Part shown: piece by piece, positions 33,294-44,379 of the stretch
Numbering within the stretch: the first letter of the stretch is position 1
Layout: each line of letters begins with the position of its first letter
Source: an uncultured Clostridia bacterium
Lineage (GTDB): Bacteria; Bacillota; Clostridia; TANB77; CAG-508
Direction of reading: 5' to 3'
NCBI GenBank assembly: GCA_934182605.1
Contig: CAKPRQ010000005.1
Span: forward strand, 3,788-67,787
Length of the DNA stretch: 64,000 bases
Program-made: the position numbers and the translations under genes
The notes under the pieces: generated by a model
The model's input: the letters and a program-made list of their open reading frames with translations, nothing else
What the model was told of the DNA's origin: nothing
The model's database searches: none

Positions 33294-33830
33294 TTACACT
33301 ATAAATGTTCCATAAGCTCCTGTTACACTATCCTTAAATCCCCCGATTTCTGGTGGATAAAATGTGAATATTACAAAACACAATAATAATATAATTAAAA
33401 TAATTAATGAAATTTTGTCATTACATGCGATACCATTTTTAATTATTTTATAAGCATGAAATTGACCTAAAATAACAGCTACAAAAAAACTACCAATATC
33501 TAAAATAGTAAAATTAGTCCCAATTATTCCTGTATATGTATAAAAGAAAATTACTATAAATGACATAGCTAATAAAATGCCTTGGGTCTTAGCACATAAA
33601 TAATTTTTAAAATCTTTTGAGAAAACAAAATGTCCAATAATTGTCGTTATTAACATAGGGAAAAAAACTAATTTTAAATGCTCCCATGTGCTCTCATTAA
33701 CTGCACTAAAAGTACCTACAAAATAATTATTATTAGACCATTCATAAGTAAAATGTAAAATTACCCCTAATATAATTATAAAAATGGTACTTAATATTTC
33801 AAATTTTAAGATAGAATCTTTTTTAATCAT
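33294..33830 (-). CDS. hypothetical polytopic membrane protein
   Basis: 178 aa with about 5 TM segments. Confidence 0.45.
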   Translation of the reverse strand: MIKKDSILKFEILSTIFIIILGVILHFTYEWSNNNYFVGTFSAVNESTWEHLKLVFFPMLITTIIGHFVFSKDFKNYLCAKTQGILLAMSFIVIFFYTYTGIIGTNFTILDIGSFFVAVILGQFHAYKIIKNGIACNDKISLIILIILLLCFVIFTFYPPEIGGFKDSVTGAYGTFIV

Positions 33831-34115
33831 ATAAAATATCCTCCTTTATAATTATATATGTAAAAATTTACTATGTGTTCTTTTATTAAACTTTATACTT
33901 CCGATTACACTTACACTATTTATCCAAGTTAGAATAGTAAGTAGATACAAGATACGCGGAAATTTAATATAATTTTTATTCTATTATTGTAAATTAAATA
34001 TTTATTTGTTATAATAATTTTATTATAACAATTAGTTTATATAAATAATTGTGGTATTAATTTTATTAATATAAATTAAGATAAATGGGGATATCGAAAG
34101 ATAATCTAGTCATTT

Positions 34116-34589
34116 ATGGAGATAGGAGTGAAATTTATGATTGTAAAAAAAGCTGGTACTATTTTATTAAATTTAGAAAACAAACAAATTGGTATAGTTT
34201 ATCGTAAAGATAGAAATGATTATTCTTTTCCCAAAGGACATTTAGAAAATAATGAGAATTTGCTAGAATGTGCTGTTAGAGAAACAGAAGAAGAAACCTT
34301 AAGGGCAAACCACTTACTTATTAATAAAGAAATAGATATTTTGAAATATACTACATCATTAAACGAAAATGTAGAAGTATATATGTATATTTCAGTAGAC
34401 GATGGTCCTACAAATAAGAATATTCCTATAAAAGATCAAGAGATTTTACAATGGACTAATTTAGCTAATGTTGAAAACCTTTTATCTTATGATAATCTAA
34501 AAGAATTTTGGATGGAAATAAAAGAAACTATAAACGATATTCTTGAGAGTAATGGCATTTTATCTCCAGCTATTTTTACAGATGCTTAG
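34116..34589 (+). CDS. NUDIX hydrolase
   Basis: Nudix box GHLENNENLLECAVRETEEETL. Confidence 0.7.
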   Translation: MEIGVKFMIVKKAGTILLNLENKQIGIVYRKDRNDYSFPKGHLENNENLLECAVRETEEETLRANHLLINKEIDILKYTTSLNENVEVYMYISVDDGPTNKNIPIKDQEILQWTNLANVENLLSYDNLKEFWMEIKETINDILESNGILSPAIFTDA

Positions 34590-34648
34590 GTGGTGGCATT
34601 GATTTTTTAGAAAAAAGTTGTGATGCTTTGAAAAGAGAATTTAAATAG

Positions 34649-34894
34649 GAAATTTCAGCAAATATAATTATAAAAGATTTTCTTGGAATATCAGAAAATA
34701 TTTTTACATATAAAGGAAAAAATGCACATGAATTAACATTATTTTATTCTATAGAAATCCCAGATGAATACTATAAAGATGAGTATAAAATACTCGACGA
34801 AGACAATAATATTAAGGCTAAGTGGATTAATATTAATGAATTTAAAAATAGAAGTAAAATCTTATACCCTGAAGAAGTATTTAAGTATCTTTAA
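34649..34894 (+). pseudogene. Remnant of a second NUDIX-like gene (C-terminal part, no start codon)
   Basis: An open frame encodes ...NAHELTLFYSIEIPDEY...KAKWININEF..., resembling a NUDIX C-terminal half. The N-terminus and Nudix box are absent. Confidence 0.3.
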
Positions 34895-34962
34895 TACTTC
34901 TTCAGTTTAAACTTTTCTAGAGTTTATTTTTATAATTATAAATTTATAATATCTTTATTAAA

Positions 34963-35349
34963 TCATTCAATGTTATATTCCCATAAACTCAAACGTCCTT
35001 TAGCCTCAATTGACTCTTCAAACACCTCTATATCTGTAACTTGCCACCCATAATTTTCTTGAAATGAACTTTTAGTATAAATTTCACTATTTTCTTTTAA
35101 CAACATTTCTTTAAATTCAGGAGACATTTTTATACAATCAACCAATCTAACTTTTCCTAATATCTTTCCTAGTGGAAGATTTTCTGGAAGATATTTTGCT
35201 AATCTTTTTATTGCTTCCTTATCAACACTTTTTCCAGCATGTATCAACAACTCTCCTCTATACTTTGTTTGCCAACTTCTAAATTCATATCTCTTATCCC
35301 CTTGCATTATCAAAGTAGCCCACGGCTGTTTTATTGTTAAAACTTTCAT
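34963..35349 (-). CDS. ASCH (PUA-like) domain protein, translationally appended to jetD
   Basis: Contains IKQPWATLIMQGDKRYEFRSWQTKYRGELLIH. It has its own AAGGAG RBS in the 15-nt gap after the jetD stop. A paralog lies at 62293-62685. Confidence 0.6.
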   Translation of the reverse strand: MKVLTIKQPWATLIMQGDKRYEFRSWQTKYRGELLIHAGKSVDKEAIKRLAKYLPENLPLGKILGKVRLVDCIKMSPEFKEMLLKENSEIYTKSSFQENYGWQVTDIEVFEESIEAKGRLSLWEYNIE

Positions 35350-35364
35350 TTTATAACTCCTTTT

Positions 35365-36708
35365 CTACATCAACCACTCACCTATTATTTTCTTTAAATT
35401 TCCTATATTTAATTCCTCATAAGATGCAAGTTTTTTATCTAAAACTAATTTTACTAATTTTACCAAACCCTCATCTTCTATTTTCTTTAATTTCTTTAAT
35501 CTAACATTATCTAATCTTGTATTTGATAAATTATTTAGATAAGTCTCTTCATCAAATCCTACTAGCTCAATATTATCTTTAAATCTTGTTTTTAATTTAT
35601 CAGCTATTTGCATTCCTTCAGGATCAATATCTCCTGAATAATACAAATGCACATTATTTTCTACTAACTTTTTTAATAATATTATTCCTGCCAGTTTAAC
35701 CTGTCCATATGTACACACAATTGGAATCTTTTTGTATTTTTCATCTTGAATAATATTAGTAAACACTGCTGGATTTTCTACTATTAAACACTTTTTTATA
35801 CTCGATGTTACATTATCAACTTTACTTAAATTATATAATGTTATTTGCCAAGCTTCGTTATTATTATAAAAAGCTCTCCATCCCTCATTTTCTTTATTAT
35901 TTTTATATCCAATCAAGTTTCGAGCTAATACCATATTAGACATTTCGTCTATCATTAAATTATTATTATAATAAATTTCTGCAATTTCTTCTGTACTTTT
36001 TATTCTTTTGTTTTCTTTAATTTGTTCTTCTTTTACTTGTTCTTTATTACTATTAATTCTTTTGTTTATTATTAGAAAATCTAAAAGAAATTGACCTGCT
36101 AAATTATTTCTATCTAATGAATGTGGGTTACCAGTTATTTTCGCTGAAAAAATTGGCAAGCTTATCTTTTCCTTTGATAAATTTTCTATAGCCTCAATAG
36201 CAATTTTTAATTCATTTTTTAATCTAATTGAACTTTTATTATATTCTTTTTTTATTTTTGCATACATCTCTGCATTTTCTTGCTTAATTAACTCTATAAT
36301 TTTTACAGTATTTTCACTTTTACAATAGCTCTTTATTTCATTTATAAATAACTCAAACTCCTCATTAAATCTTCTTTTTTCTTCTTTATTTGAAATAATT
36401 TCATTTGTAAAATATGTTTCTAAAATTTGTTTTATAGTTAATCCAGCAAATCTTGTTTCATCAATTCTTTTCTGAAATTTTTTTAAATTTATTGTTATAT
36501 TTTTATTTTTACTATAATCTTTTTTCATAAATCCAGATATTGCATCTTTTTCAGCTAAACTAGGATTTTCTATAACTATACTTCCGGGTAATTCTCTTTC
36601 GAAAGATTTATACTTTTGAACCATTTTTTTAAGCATCCTATCATATCCATGATTTTCTTTAAAATAACTTACTGCTTCTTCTAGTAATTTTTCCAATTTT
36701 AATATCAT
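35365..36708 (-). CDS. jetD: Wadjet JetD / MksG-like protein (DUF2220 Toprim-like)
   Basis: 447 aa. C-terminal Toprim-like motif YYSGDIDPEG. It is the last gene of a four-gene operon with an SMC-like ATPase. Confidence 0.7.
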   Translation of the reverse strand: MILKLEKLLEEAVSYFKENHGYDRMLKKMVQKYKSFERELPGSIVIENPSLAEKDAISGFMKKDYSKNKNITINLKKFQKRIDETRFAGLTIKQILETYFTNEIISNKEEKRRFNEEFELFINEIKSYCKSENTVKIIELIKQENAEMYAKIKKEYNKSSIRLKNELKIAIEAIENLSKEKISLPIFSAKITGNPHSLDRNNLAGQFLLDFLIINKRINSNKEQVKEEQIKENKRIKSTEEIAEIYYNNNLMIDEMSNMVLARNLIGYKNNKENEGWRAFYNNNEAWQITLYNLSKVDNVTSSIKKCLIVENPAVFTNIIQDEKYKKIPIVCTYGQVKLAGIILLKKLVENNVHLYYSGDIDPEGMQIADKLKTRFKDNIELVGFDEETYLNNLSNTRLDNVRLKKLKKIEDEGLVKLVKLVLDKKLASYEELNIGNLKKIIGEWLM

Positions 36709-36746
36709 TCCTTCCTAAAGCTGAAATCTAAGTAGATTTCAGCCAA

Positions 36747-39700
36747 CTAATTTAAAAGTTCTCTTACATGTCCATTCCATAAATATCTAATTACAGAGAC
36801 AACTTTTATTTTAGGATCACTTATAAGTTCATTTATTGCTAAACTTGGAATTGTATCATATTCACCCCATAATACTTGTGAATTTATAATATATTCTAAA
36901 TCAAGTTTTGTTAAAATCCTAAACATATCACGAATATTACTATCATCTACCCCTGCAAAAGCTTCATCTAAAGATATAATTCTTGGCGTATCTTTTCTTG
37001 CTGAGTCATATTTTGCCACAACAGCTGCAAATAGTGGAATATACATTGCTAAAGCTTTTTCTCCACCACTTAATTTGAAAAAGGCATTATTTGTTAATTC
37101 CTTTTTAGTATCATTACCTTTTTTATAATTAAACTGAAACTCAAACCAGGTTCTATAATCTAAAACTTCCTTCATTATATTATGGAATGATTTCATTTCC
37201 TCTTTTTGTCTTTGTTCTGCTTTAGCAAATTTACTTCTAAAATGATTTGCAACTTTTGTTACTTCTTCTTGCCTTAAAATTTTTACATCTGAATTTAAAA
37301 TATCAACTAACTCTTTTGTATCCACTTCTGTTTCGTCAGTTGCAACTTTTGGTCTCCAATTTAAACTAAATGATAATTTACTTGTTGTGTCTATGCTTTC
37401 CATTAAATCATTCATAGCCTTTACCCATTGCTTTGCGTGATAAATTCTTTCTCTAATCTTTCTACCTACAGTATTTGTTAAAATCTCTTCAAAAAGAATT
37501 CTATCATCCTCTTCTATTAACATATTAGTTTCAGTAATATTTTCAATTACTTCTTTTTCTAATCTTATTAAATTAACTTTTTGCCCTTTAACATAACATT
37601 TTACATCTTTTCTAGTTCGTCTAGCATATAAAGATAAAAATTGATTTTCATCACTTATACTATCTATATCTATTCTATTTATATCTTCTATTGTCAAATT
37701 ATAATCTACTAAATATTCTGCATTTTCTCTACACTTTATTGAAAGGTTATCCAAATAATGACTAACAGGATATGCATCTTTTTCAAATTTTTGATACTCT
37801 TTTAATATTCTATTTGCTTCTTTAGTTATTTCTTCATAACTTTCAACTACATATTTTAAATCTAATTCAATTTTAAAATTTTCTTGTAAAATTTTTGATG
37901 TTTTACTTAAAAATTGAACTTTTTCAGATATTTCTATATTTTTTTGTGTATTATTTTCTATATCTTTTCTTAAACTAACACTTTTATCTCTTAACTCATC
38001 TCTTTTTTTAGGTAGTTCTTGTTTTGCCTTTATACATTCTTCCATCTGTTTCTTTACTTCATATATATCGTCTGTCATAAGTTCTTCATTTGCTTTTATT
38101 TTTTTCTCTATTACATTATTCTCCAAATTTAATTTATTGATATCATATAGAATATCATCTAATGCCAAAAGATTTTGTTCTAAATTTTCTTTTATTATTT
38201 CTATTTTTTGATATGTATTTATTAAATTATTATGCATTTTTTCTAACTCATATATTAAATCTTTTATTTCATATACGCATTCAAGGATTTCTTTATATAC
38301 TTCAACTGTTTTCTTGAATTTTAATTTATTTGTTTTTTCCTCTAACAAAATCTTTTTATTCTTTATTTCTTCAAATTTTATATATAATTCTTCTTGCTTT
38401 GTTTTTATTTCATTTTCTATAGATTGTAAATCATTTATAGAAACCCTTAAATTATTATATTTTTCTTCTAAATCATTTTTAGGTATGAAATTTTCTAATT
38501 CTAGTTTTAATTTTTGTTTATCATTTTCAATTTTTGCTAATATCTCATTACTTTTTTCTATCTCTAAAATAATCTCTTCTTTCATTTTTAAAAGTTCTTC
38601 TATTTTTTGTTCTTTATATCTTTTTCTTGTAATTACTCCTATATATTGTGCTACTTTTTTGCTATCTGCTTTTCCTCTTAATAAACCAATTTTATATATA
38701 CCTTTTTCATCAATATAATTTTCATCATTAATATCATCAAGAAAAATTGTTTTTAAAACATTATACACCTCTTCTTTTTTTATTTCATAATTTTCTGGTA
38801 AATCAATTTTTAAAATTTGACTCAAATCGTGTTTAAACTCTTTTGGATTCCCTACTAAATATTTATCAACAAAATTATTATCTATTTCCTGAATTTTATT
38901 ATGATATTCTTTTGGTATTATTAACGCATCAAGTAATCCCATGTCCATAAGCGCTGCTTCTATATTATTACGTGTACTTTCATCCACCTCCGGCTTAAAT
39001 TCAACCGCTTTATATAATGGAATAAAAGGAATTTTCATTTCTTGTAATTTTATTCTATTTTCTACTACTGCTTTTTCTCTAATTGGTTCTGGTTCTTTCT
39101 GATTTTTCCATTCTTCTATTTCTGTTTTTATATCATTTAATTTTTTCTCATTTTCATTTTTCACTTGCTTTTCTTCAATTTCTTTTTCAAGTAATTTGGC
39201 ATCAATTTTGCTATAAGCATTACTTACTTCTATTTTTATATCATCATAACCACTTTTCTCTCCATAATTTCTCACATTTTGTGCAATTTTAATCTTATCT
39301 TCTTGAGTAATTTTTAAAATTACATTTGAAGCTTCCCATTTATACATATCTTCAATAAACTTTCCCTTTTCGTCTTCTAAAGACCTCCTATTTTGTAATA
39401 CAATATTATCTTGTTTTATTTTTTTATTCTTTGAAACTTCAAAACTTTTTTCCATATCATCATACATTTTTTCCATTGTAGCAACTTGCTCTATAATTAT
39501 TTTAGCATCTTCAATTCTATCAATATATTTTTTCAAATCATATCTTAAGCTTGAATAATTATATTGTGTATTTATATTCTTTTTTATTTCATCTATTGCA
39601 AAAAAATATTCATCATAAAAACACTCACTTGCTTTTTCTTCTATTTTAGAGGTAATATTATCAAACTCATTTTTGTATTCATCATATTTACTATTATTCT

Positions 39701-40841
39701 GTTTTATAGTATTTTCTTTTTTTCTATTTTCTACTTCTTGTGCCTCTTTTTTCATATTTTTTTCTTCTAAACTTTTTTCTATTTCTCTTTTTTTAACTTT
39801 TAATTCTTGTAAATTTTTTTCTAAGTTCCAAATTTCACTTTTGCTTAATTCTTGTTCTTTAAATTCTACAACTTTTATTTTTGCATCAATATCTTCTATT
39901 TCTCTATTTACTTCTTCATACTCTTTTTTATCTAATACGATTTTATCTTGTAATAATTTTTCTTCATTTAAAATATCTTTATATTTTTTATTCTCTTCTA
40001 CATATTGTTTAGCCTTGCTATATAACACACATTCATTATATTTTCTATAATCTACCATAATGTTATCTATAGCTTTTTTACTACTTTCTAAAAATTTTAA
40101 TTGTTCTTTTGTTTTATTCATATTCTCAATAGATTCAGAAACAGGTCTTAAATCTTCATCTGACAACCCTTGAAGCGAATTAGACATTATTTCAAGTACA
40201 GTAGATGGCCTAAACCCTTCACCTTTTGATAATTTAGGGGTCCTTATTTCTATTAACAATTTTATAAATTCTTCGTATTCTTCTATTGTTTCAAAATGAA
40301 ATATATTTTCATTTACCATTTCCATATATTCTTTTTGAGTTTCTACTACTTTACCACCTAAACCAATCCTGTTTTTTAGTTCTAATTTAGTAAGCGGAAT
40401 TTTATTTTCAACTTCTTTATATAAGAAAAAATCTTCTTTTATTCTTCTACCATCATTTAATAAAAATCCCCAAAAATTTATTGGTTGACCTTTCTTTCCT
40501 CTTAGTCCGATACCAATAGTTATATAATTTTCTGTATTAGGTTTATTAAATTCCATATATAAATAACTAGTATTTTCTTCTTTTATGTCATCACCATAAC
40601 CTAAAACATATTCTTCGATTTTTCTAGCTTTATTTCCAAAAGGATCTAATCTTTCTGGGGTCTTTTTACCATCTAATAGTAATGGTATAAAACTTTGCAT
40701 AGTTACACTTTTTCCTGAGCCATTAGTTCCTCTTAAAATCATTCTCCCATCTGAAAAGTAAAATTCCTCTTCATCATACCACCAATAATTTAATAATCCA
40801 ATTTTATTTATTTTCCACCTATTTTCCATATTTAAACTCAA
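36747..40841 (-). CDS. jetC: Wadjet JetC / MksB-like SMC-family ATPase
   Basis: 1364 aa. N-terminal Walker A GTNGSGKS. A long Glu/Lys-rich coiled coil follows. C-terminal signature LSGGEKALAMYIPLFAAV and Walker B ISLDEAFAGVDD. Confidence 0.8.
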   Translation of the reverse strand: MSLNMENRWKINKIGLLNYWWYDEEEFYFSDGRMILRGTNGSGKSVTMQSFIPLLLDGKKTPERLDPFGNKARKIEEYVLGYGDDIKEENTSYLYMEFNKPNTENYITIGIGLRGKKGQPINFWGFLLNDGRRIKEDFFLYKEVENKIPLTKLELKNRIGLGGKVVETQKEYMEMVNENIFHFETIEEYEEFIKLLIEIRTPKLSKGEGFRPSTVLEIMSNSLQGLSDEDLRPVSESIENMNKTKEQLKFLESSKKAIDNIMVDYRKYNECVLYSKAKQYVEENKKYKDILNEEKLLQDKIVLDKKEYEEVNREIEDIDAKIKVVEFKEQELSKSEIWNLEKNLQELKVKKREIEKSLEEKNMKKEAQEVENRKKENTIKQNNSKYDEYKNEFDNITSKIEEKASECFYDEYFFAIDEIKKNINTQYNYSSLRYDLKKYIDRIEDAKIIIEQVATMEKMYDDMEKSFEVSKNKKIKQDNIVLQNRRSLEDEKGKFIEDMYKWEASNVILKITQEDKIKIAQNVRNYGEKSGYDDIKIEVSNAYSKIDAKLLEKEIEEKQVKNENEKKLNDIKTEIEEWKNQKEPEPIREKAVVENRIKLQEMKIPFIPLYKAVEFKPEVDESTRNNIEAALMDMGLLDALIIPKEYHNKIQEIDNNFVDKYLVGNPKEFKHDLSQILKIDLPENYEIKKEEVYNVLKTIFLDDINDENYIDEKGIYKIGLLRGKADSKKVAQYIGVITRKRYKEQKIEELLKMKEEIILEIEKSNEILAKIENDKQKLKLELENFIPKNDLEEKYNNLRVSINDLQSIENEIKTKQEELYIKFEEIKNKKILLEEKTNKLKFKKTVEVYKEILECVYEIKDLIYELEKMHNNLINTYQKIEIIKENLEQNLLALDDILYDINKLNLENNVIEKKIKANEELMTDDIYEVKKQMEECIKAKQELPKKRDELRDKSVSLRKDIENNTQKNIEISEKVQFLSKTSKILQENFKIELDLKYVVESYEEITKEANRILKEYQKFEKDAYPVSHYLDNLSIKCRENAEYLVDYNLTIEDINRIDIDSISDENQFLSLYARRTRKDVKCYVKGQKVNLIRLEKEVIENITETNMLIEEDDRILFEEILTNTVGRKIRERIYHAKQWVKAMNDLMESIDTTSKLSFSLNWRPKVATDETEVDTKELVDILNSDVKILRQEEVTKVANHFRSKFAKAEQRQKEEMKSFHNIMKEVLDYRTWFEFQFNYKKGNDTKKELTNNAFFKLSGGEKALAMYIPLFAAVVAKYDSARKDTPRIISLDEAFAGVDDSNIRDMFRILTKLDLEYIINSQVLWGEYDTIPSLAINELISDPKIKVVSVIRYLWNGHVRELLN

Positions 40842-40896
40842 TTCCTTCTTATTATCTTATAAATTATATATTATTTTACTTTAAAAACTTTATTTT

Positions 40897-42048
40897 TTAA
40901 ACCTCATCACCTGTATTAAAATTTATTGGGTATCTACCTTTAATTTTAAAAATAATTGGCATTATCCTAAACTCTTTATCTTCTTTTCTTATCATATCAA
41001 ATTCTTTCATATATTCTACTATCTGTTTTTCTAGTTCTTCCTCATTTATTTCTCTATATTCTTTACTAAAACCTCGTCCATATTTTTCTTTTAATTCATA
41101 TATTACTTTAGAAAATTCTATTTCAGAAATTAAGATTGTATCGTTGTCTTCATTTATTAACTTACCATTTTCAAATTTTTCTATTATTAGAGTATTAAAA
41201 AATATGACTACATCAGAAATTGCTTTATTAGTAGGAAAAACATTTTTAAATGGTTCATGTTCAGTAAGCAAAATATATGCACCATTTTTATGTATTTCTA
41301 AACTTGAATCTAGTATTTGGTCAACATCTTGTGATATTATATTTTTATATTGTTTTATATACATATAATCTTGATCATCTTGTTTTTCATTATATACTAT
41401 GTTTTCTGTAAATAATCTTCTATATACTCTTTGCCTTCTCTCTATTCCTTTTTCTTGGTCTAATCCTAATTGTTCTTGTTCATAAATATCAGTATATAAA
41501 TTACAATCTGAAATATTACTTGTAAAATTTCTTACAAAATATTTAGAAACACCTGTGACTTCATAAAGCACATCATTTTCTACATTATCAGCAAACTTAT
41601 TTTCATCACCATCATATAACTTTATAAAACCTAGATCTCGTATATATTTTAAGACCCTAACCATTGCTTGTCTTTGTTTAAACAAATTAAAATCTATTAC
41701 TACATCACCCAAATTAATTTCCATACTAGTACTTTGAATATAATCTACTAATTGTGAAAGTATAAATTGCTCTTTTCTTGACTTTTCTTCTAAAAAAATT
41801 AAAATTAAACACAAAAATACATATTCAAGCTTAGTATTAAATTCCTTTATTCCCATAAATTCTTGTGGAATTCCTGGAATCTTTTCTAGCTTAATAAGAT
41901 ATGGATTAACAATTAGCTTATATCCTAATTTTTGTTTTATAAAATTTAAAGTTTTCTCATCTAATTCCTGTCTTATTTGCTCGTATTTTTCATTATCTTG
42001 CTCATTTATTATCCAATAATTTTCTAGTAATTCCTCTAAAACTTTCAT
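40897..42048 (-). CDS. jetB: Wadjet JetB / MksE-like protein (larger than typical)
   Basis: 383 aa in the second position of the operon. The assignment rests on position only; no motif was recognised. Confidence 0.45.
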   Translation of the reverse strand: MKVLEELLENYWIINEQDNEKYEQIRQELDEKTLNFIKQKLGYKLIVNPYLIKLEKIPGIPQEFMGIKEFNTKLEYVFLCLILIFLEEKSRKEQFILSQLVDYIQSTSMEINLGDVVIDFNLFKQRQAMVRVLKYIRDLGFIKLYDGDENKFADNVENDVLYEVTGVSKYFVRNFTSNISDCNLYTDIYEQEQLGLDQEKGIERRQRVYRRLFTENIVYNEKQDDQDYMYIKQYKNIISQDVDQILDSSLEIHKNGAYILLTEHEPFKNVFPTNKAISDVVIFFNTLIIEKFENGKLINEDNDTILISEIEFSKVIYELKEKYGRGFSKEYREINEEELEKQIVEYMKEFDMIRKEDKEFRIMPIIFKIKGRYPINFNTGDEV

Positions 42049-42100
42049 TTATTTACCTTTCTTTTTTTTATTTTTTAATTAAATAAATTATATAATTTAA

Positions 42101-43597
42101 TTATGTGATAATAAGTTCATATGCTGGCATTTCTAGCACTCCATCAGTACACCTCATTTTGCACCTTGTTTTTTTATCCGGCAATATGACTTCTACCTTT
42201 TCTCCATATTCTGTAATAGTTCTTTTATTTTCTGTTTGATTTGCTTGACTAATCCATTTCAAAATGTTTTTTCTTACAATAGGTTCAATCACTGGTAGGT
42301 CTTTTATAACTATTTTTCCCTGTACAATATATTTTCTAACCAATTTTTCCTCTTCTTCCCTTTGTTTTAAATATTCCTCTATTTTTTGTTTTTTTATTTC
42401 TGTTTTATCTTCTATTATTGTCTTTTCTTTTTTCTCCTTAAATTCTCTTATTCTAGGTTTTATTTCAATTTCTTGTCTAACTTCTTCTAAAATACTACTA
42501 TTTACATTATCTGTTTCTCTCTCAAAATTTCCTTTTAAATGTCTAGTATTTTTCATGCCAAAAACTAAACTAGATAATTTATGTGCTTCTTCTATTGTCT
42601 CAGTATTACAAAACATTTCACAAATCTTTTTATATTCCGCTTTTCTACTATTTATATTTCCTTTTGATTCTGCAATTTGATTTGCTATTCTAGTTATTTT
42701 TCTTATAATCTCACTAGTTTTTTCTTCTATATTTTGAACTTCACTTTCCCTTTTTTCGTCTCCAATAAACCATTTCTTTATGTTTTCCCATTTTTCTTTA
42801 TTTCTATCTTTCATTTCTTGCTCTGGAATATCCTCTTCTAATTTATCAATCCTTATAATCTTTTTTTGTGCTTGCCAAACTTTATCTAACACTTTAATTT
42901 CTGTATCTTTATTTACAGTTTTTAATATTCTTTCTATTTCATAAGAATTATCTTGAAGCGCTTTAATAAACTCTCGTAAATACATTACTAAGTCATTTTT
43001 ACTTGCAATAAACTTAGAACTTTGTGCAACTTCTTCCATTCTTATATTATAAAAAGATTTAATATATGCTTGATAATTTTCATTTAATCTTTTAAAATCT
43101 GCATTTAAGCTCTCCCACCAACCATTTACTTTACTTTCAATTTCATTTTCCATTTCATTAATTTCTGCTATTTCTTCTTTTATTTTTTCTATTAATGTAG
43201 GATCTAAAGATGACCCTTCAATATGTAAATTTTCAAGCTCTACAACTAAACTTTCTATTTTTACTGCAAAATCTGATAATTGATATCTATATTTTTTATT
43301 CTTAAATTCTTCTAATGTATATGCAACAGAAGTATCTTGAATTGCAATTAAATTCTTCCACTCAGTTAAAGCAGCTAAATCATTATCACATTGTTCTATT
43401 GTATAATTTTCAAACCCTTTTTTCCCTACAAATTCATTAAATATATCTTCTTTATATAACATATAATTCATTTTTTGATTTTGTATATAAAAAAAACGCA
43501 AAATAGGTCTATACCTTTTTGTGTTTTCTTTTGTTAAATATGCTGTTTCTAAAATTGTTTTTGTTAGTTTATCTGTTATTTCCATTATATCTCCCAT
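42101..43597 (-). CDS. jetA: Wadjet JetA / MksF-like kleisin-type protein
   Basis: 498 aa and first gene of the operon. Its size and position fit JetA (DUF3375). Confidence 0.5.
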   Translation of the reverse strand: MGDIMEITDKLTKTILETAYLTKENTKRYRPILRFFYIQNQKMNYMLYKEDIFNEFVGKKGFENYTIEQCDNDLAALTEWKNLIAIQDTSVAYTLEEFKNKKYRYQLSDFAVKIESLVVELENLHIEGSSLDPTLIEKIKEEIAEINEMENEIESKVNGWWESLNADFKRLNENYQAYIKSFYNIRMEEVAQSSKFIASKNDLVMYLREFIKALQDNSYEIERILKTVNKDTEIKVLDKVWQAQKKIIRIDKLEEDIPEQEMKDRNKEKWENIKKWFIGDEKRESEVQNIEEKTSEIIRKITRIANQIAESKGNINSRKAEYKKICEMFCNTETIEEAHKLSSLVFGMKNTRHLKGNFERETDNVNSSILEEVRQEIEIKPRIREFKEKKEKTIIEDKTEIKKQKIEEYLKQREEEEKLVRKYIVQGKIVIKDLPVIEPIVRKNILKWISQANQTENKRTITEYGEKVEVILPDKKTRCKMRCTDGVLEMPAYELIIT

Positions 43598-43691
43598 TTT
43601 TATATTTTAAAATATTTTATTTTACTGAATTAAATTTACATAAATATTTTACTATGTTTTTACATTTTTTTCAATATAAATATATAATTTT

Positions 43692-44099
43692 TTATTGAAA
43701 ACTTTCTATATCATATGGCCAATCAATTATTCCACCAAAATTATATATTTTGGTATATCCCATTTGAGATAATTTTTTAGCTGATAATTCACTTCTATAT
43801 CCACTTCTACAATAAACTAATATCACTTGATTTTTATCTTTTGGTTCACTATTAGCTCTTTCTTCAATTTCATAATCTGGGATATTTATTGCATTTGGAA
43901 TATGACCTTCATTATATTCTTCTTGAGAACGAACATCTAAGATAATAAATCCCGAGTTATTATCCATATATTCCTTTGCCTCTTCTGCTGATATATTTAT
44001 GTAATTTGTTGTTGTGTTTTTATTCATCATAAATCCTCCTATTGAAATTATAATTAATATACTAACTAGTAATATTATTAGAAATGTAATTTTTTTCAA
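43692..44099 (-). CDS. membrane-anchored rhodanese-domain sulfurtransferase
   Basis: N-terminal TM helix followed by a rhodanese fold with the active-site loop CRSGYRS. Confidence 0.7.
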   Translation of the reverse strand: MKKITFLIILLVSILIIISIGGFMMNKNTTTNYINISAEEAKEYMDNNSGFIILDVRSQEEYNEGHIPNAINIPDYEIEERANSEPKDKNQVILVYCRSGYRSELSAKKLSQMGYTKIYNFGGIIDWPYDIESFQ

Positions 44100-44379
44100 C
44101 CTTTCCCTCCAAAATATTTGTATAATATTTTTAATAAATACTTTTTACTATTTCTTTTAAATTATATCATATATTTTTTTATAAATATATATTTTAATTT
44201 TATTTTTTTATTTCTATTTAAAGTTTATTAATGAAAAATGTATTTTCACAAATTATTACATGTAGCTATTTATAAGTTAATACCCAAATTGTATCACTAT
44301 AGCTATGTTTTGTGGATTTTATACTGTGCTTTAACAATTTTTATATTCTTTATAATTTGAACCTTCGGGTTATGAGCCC

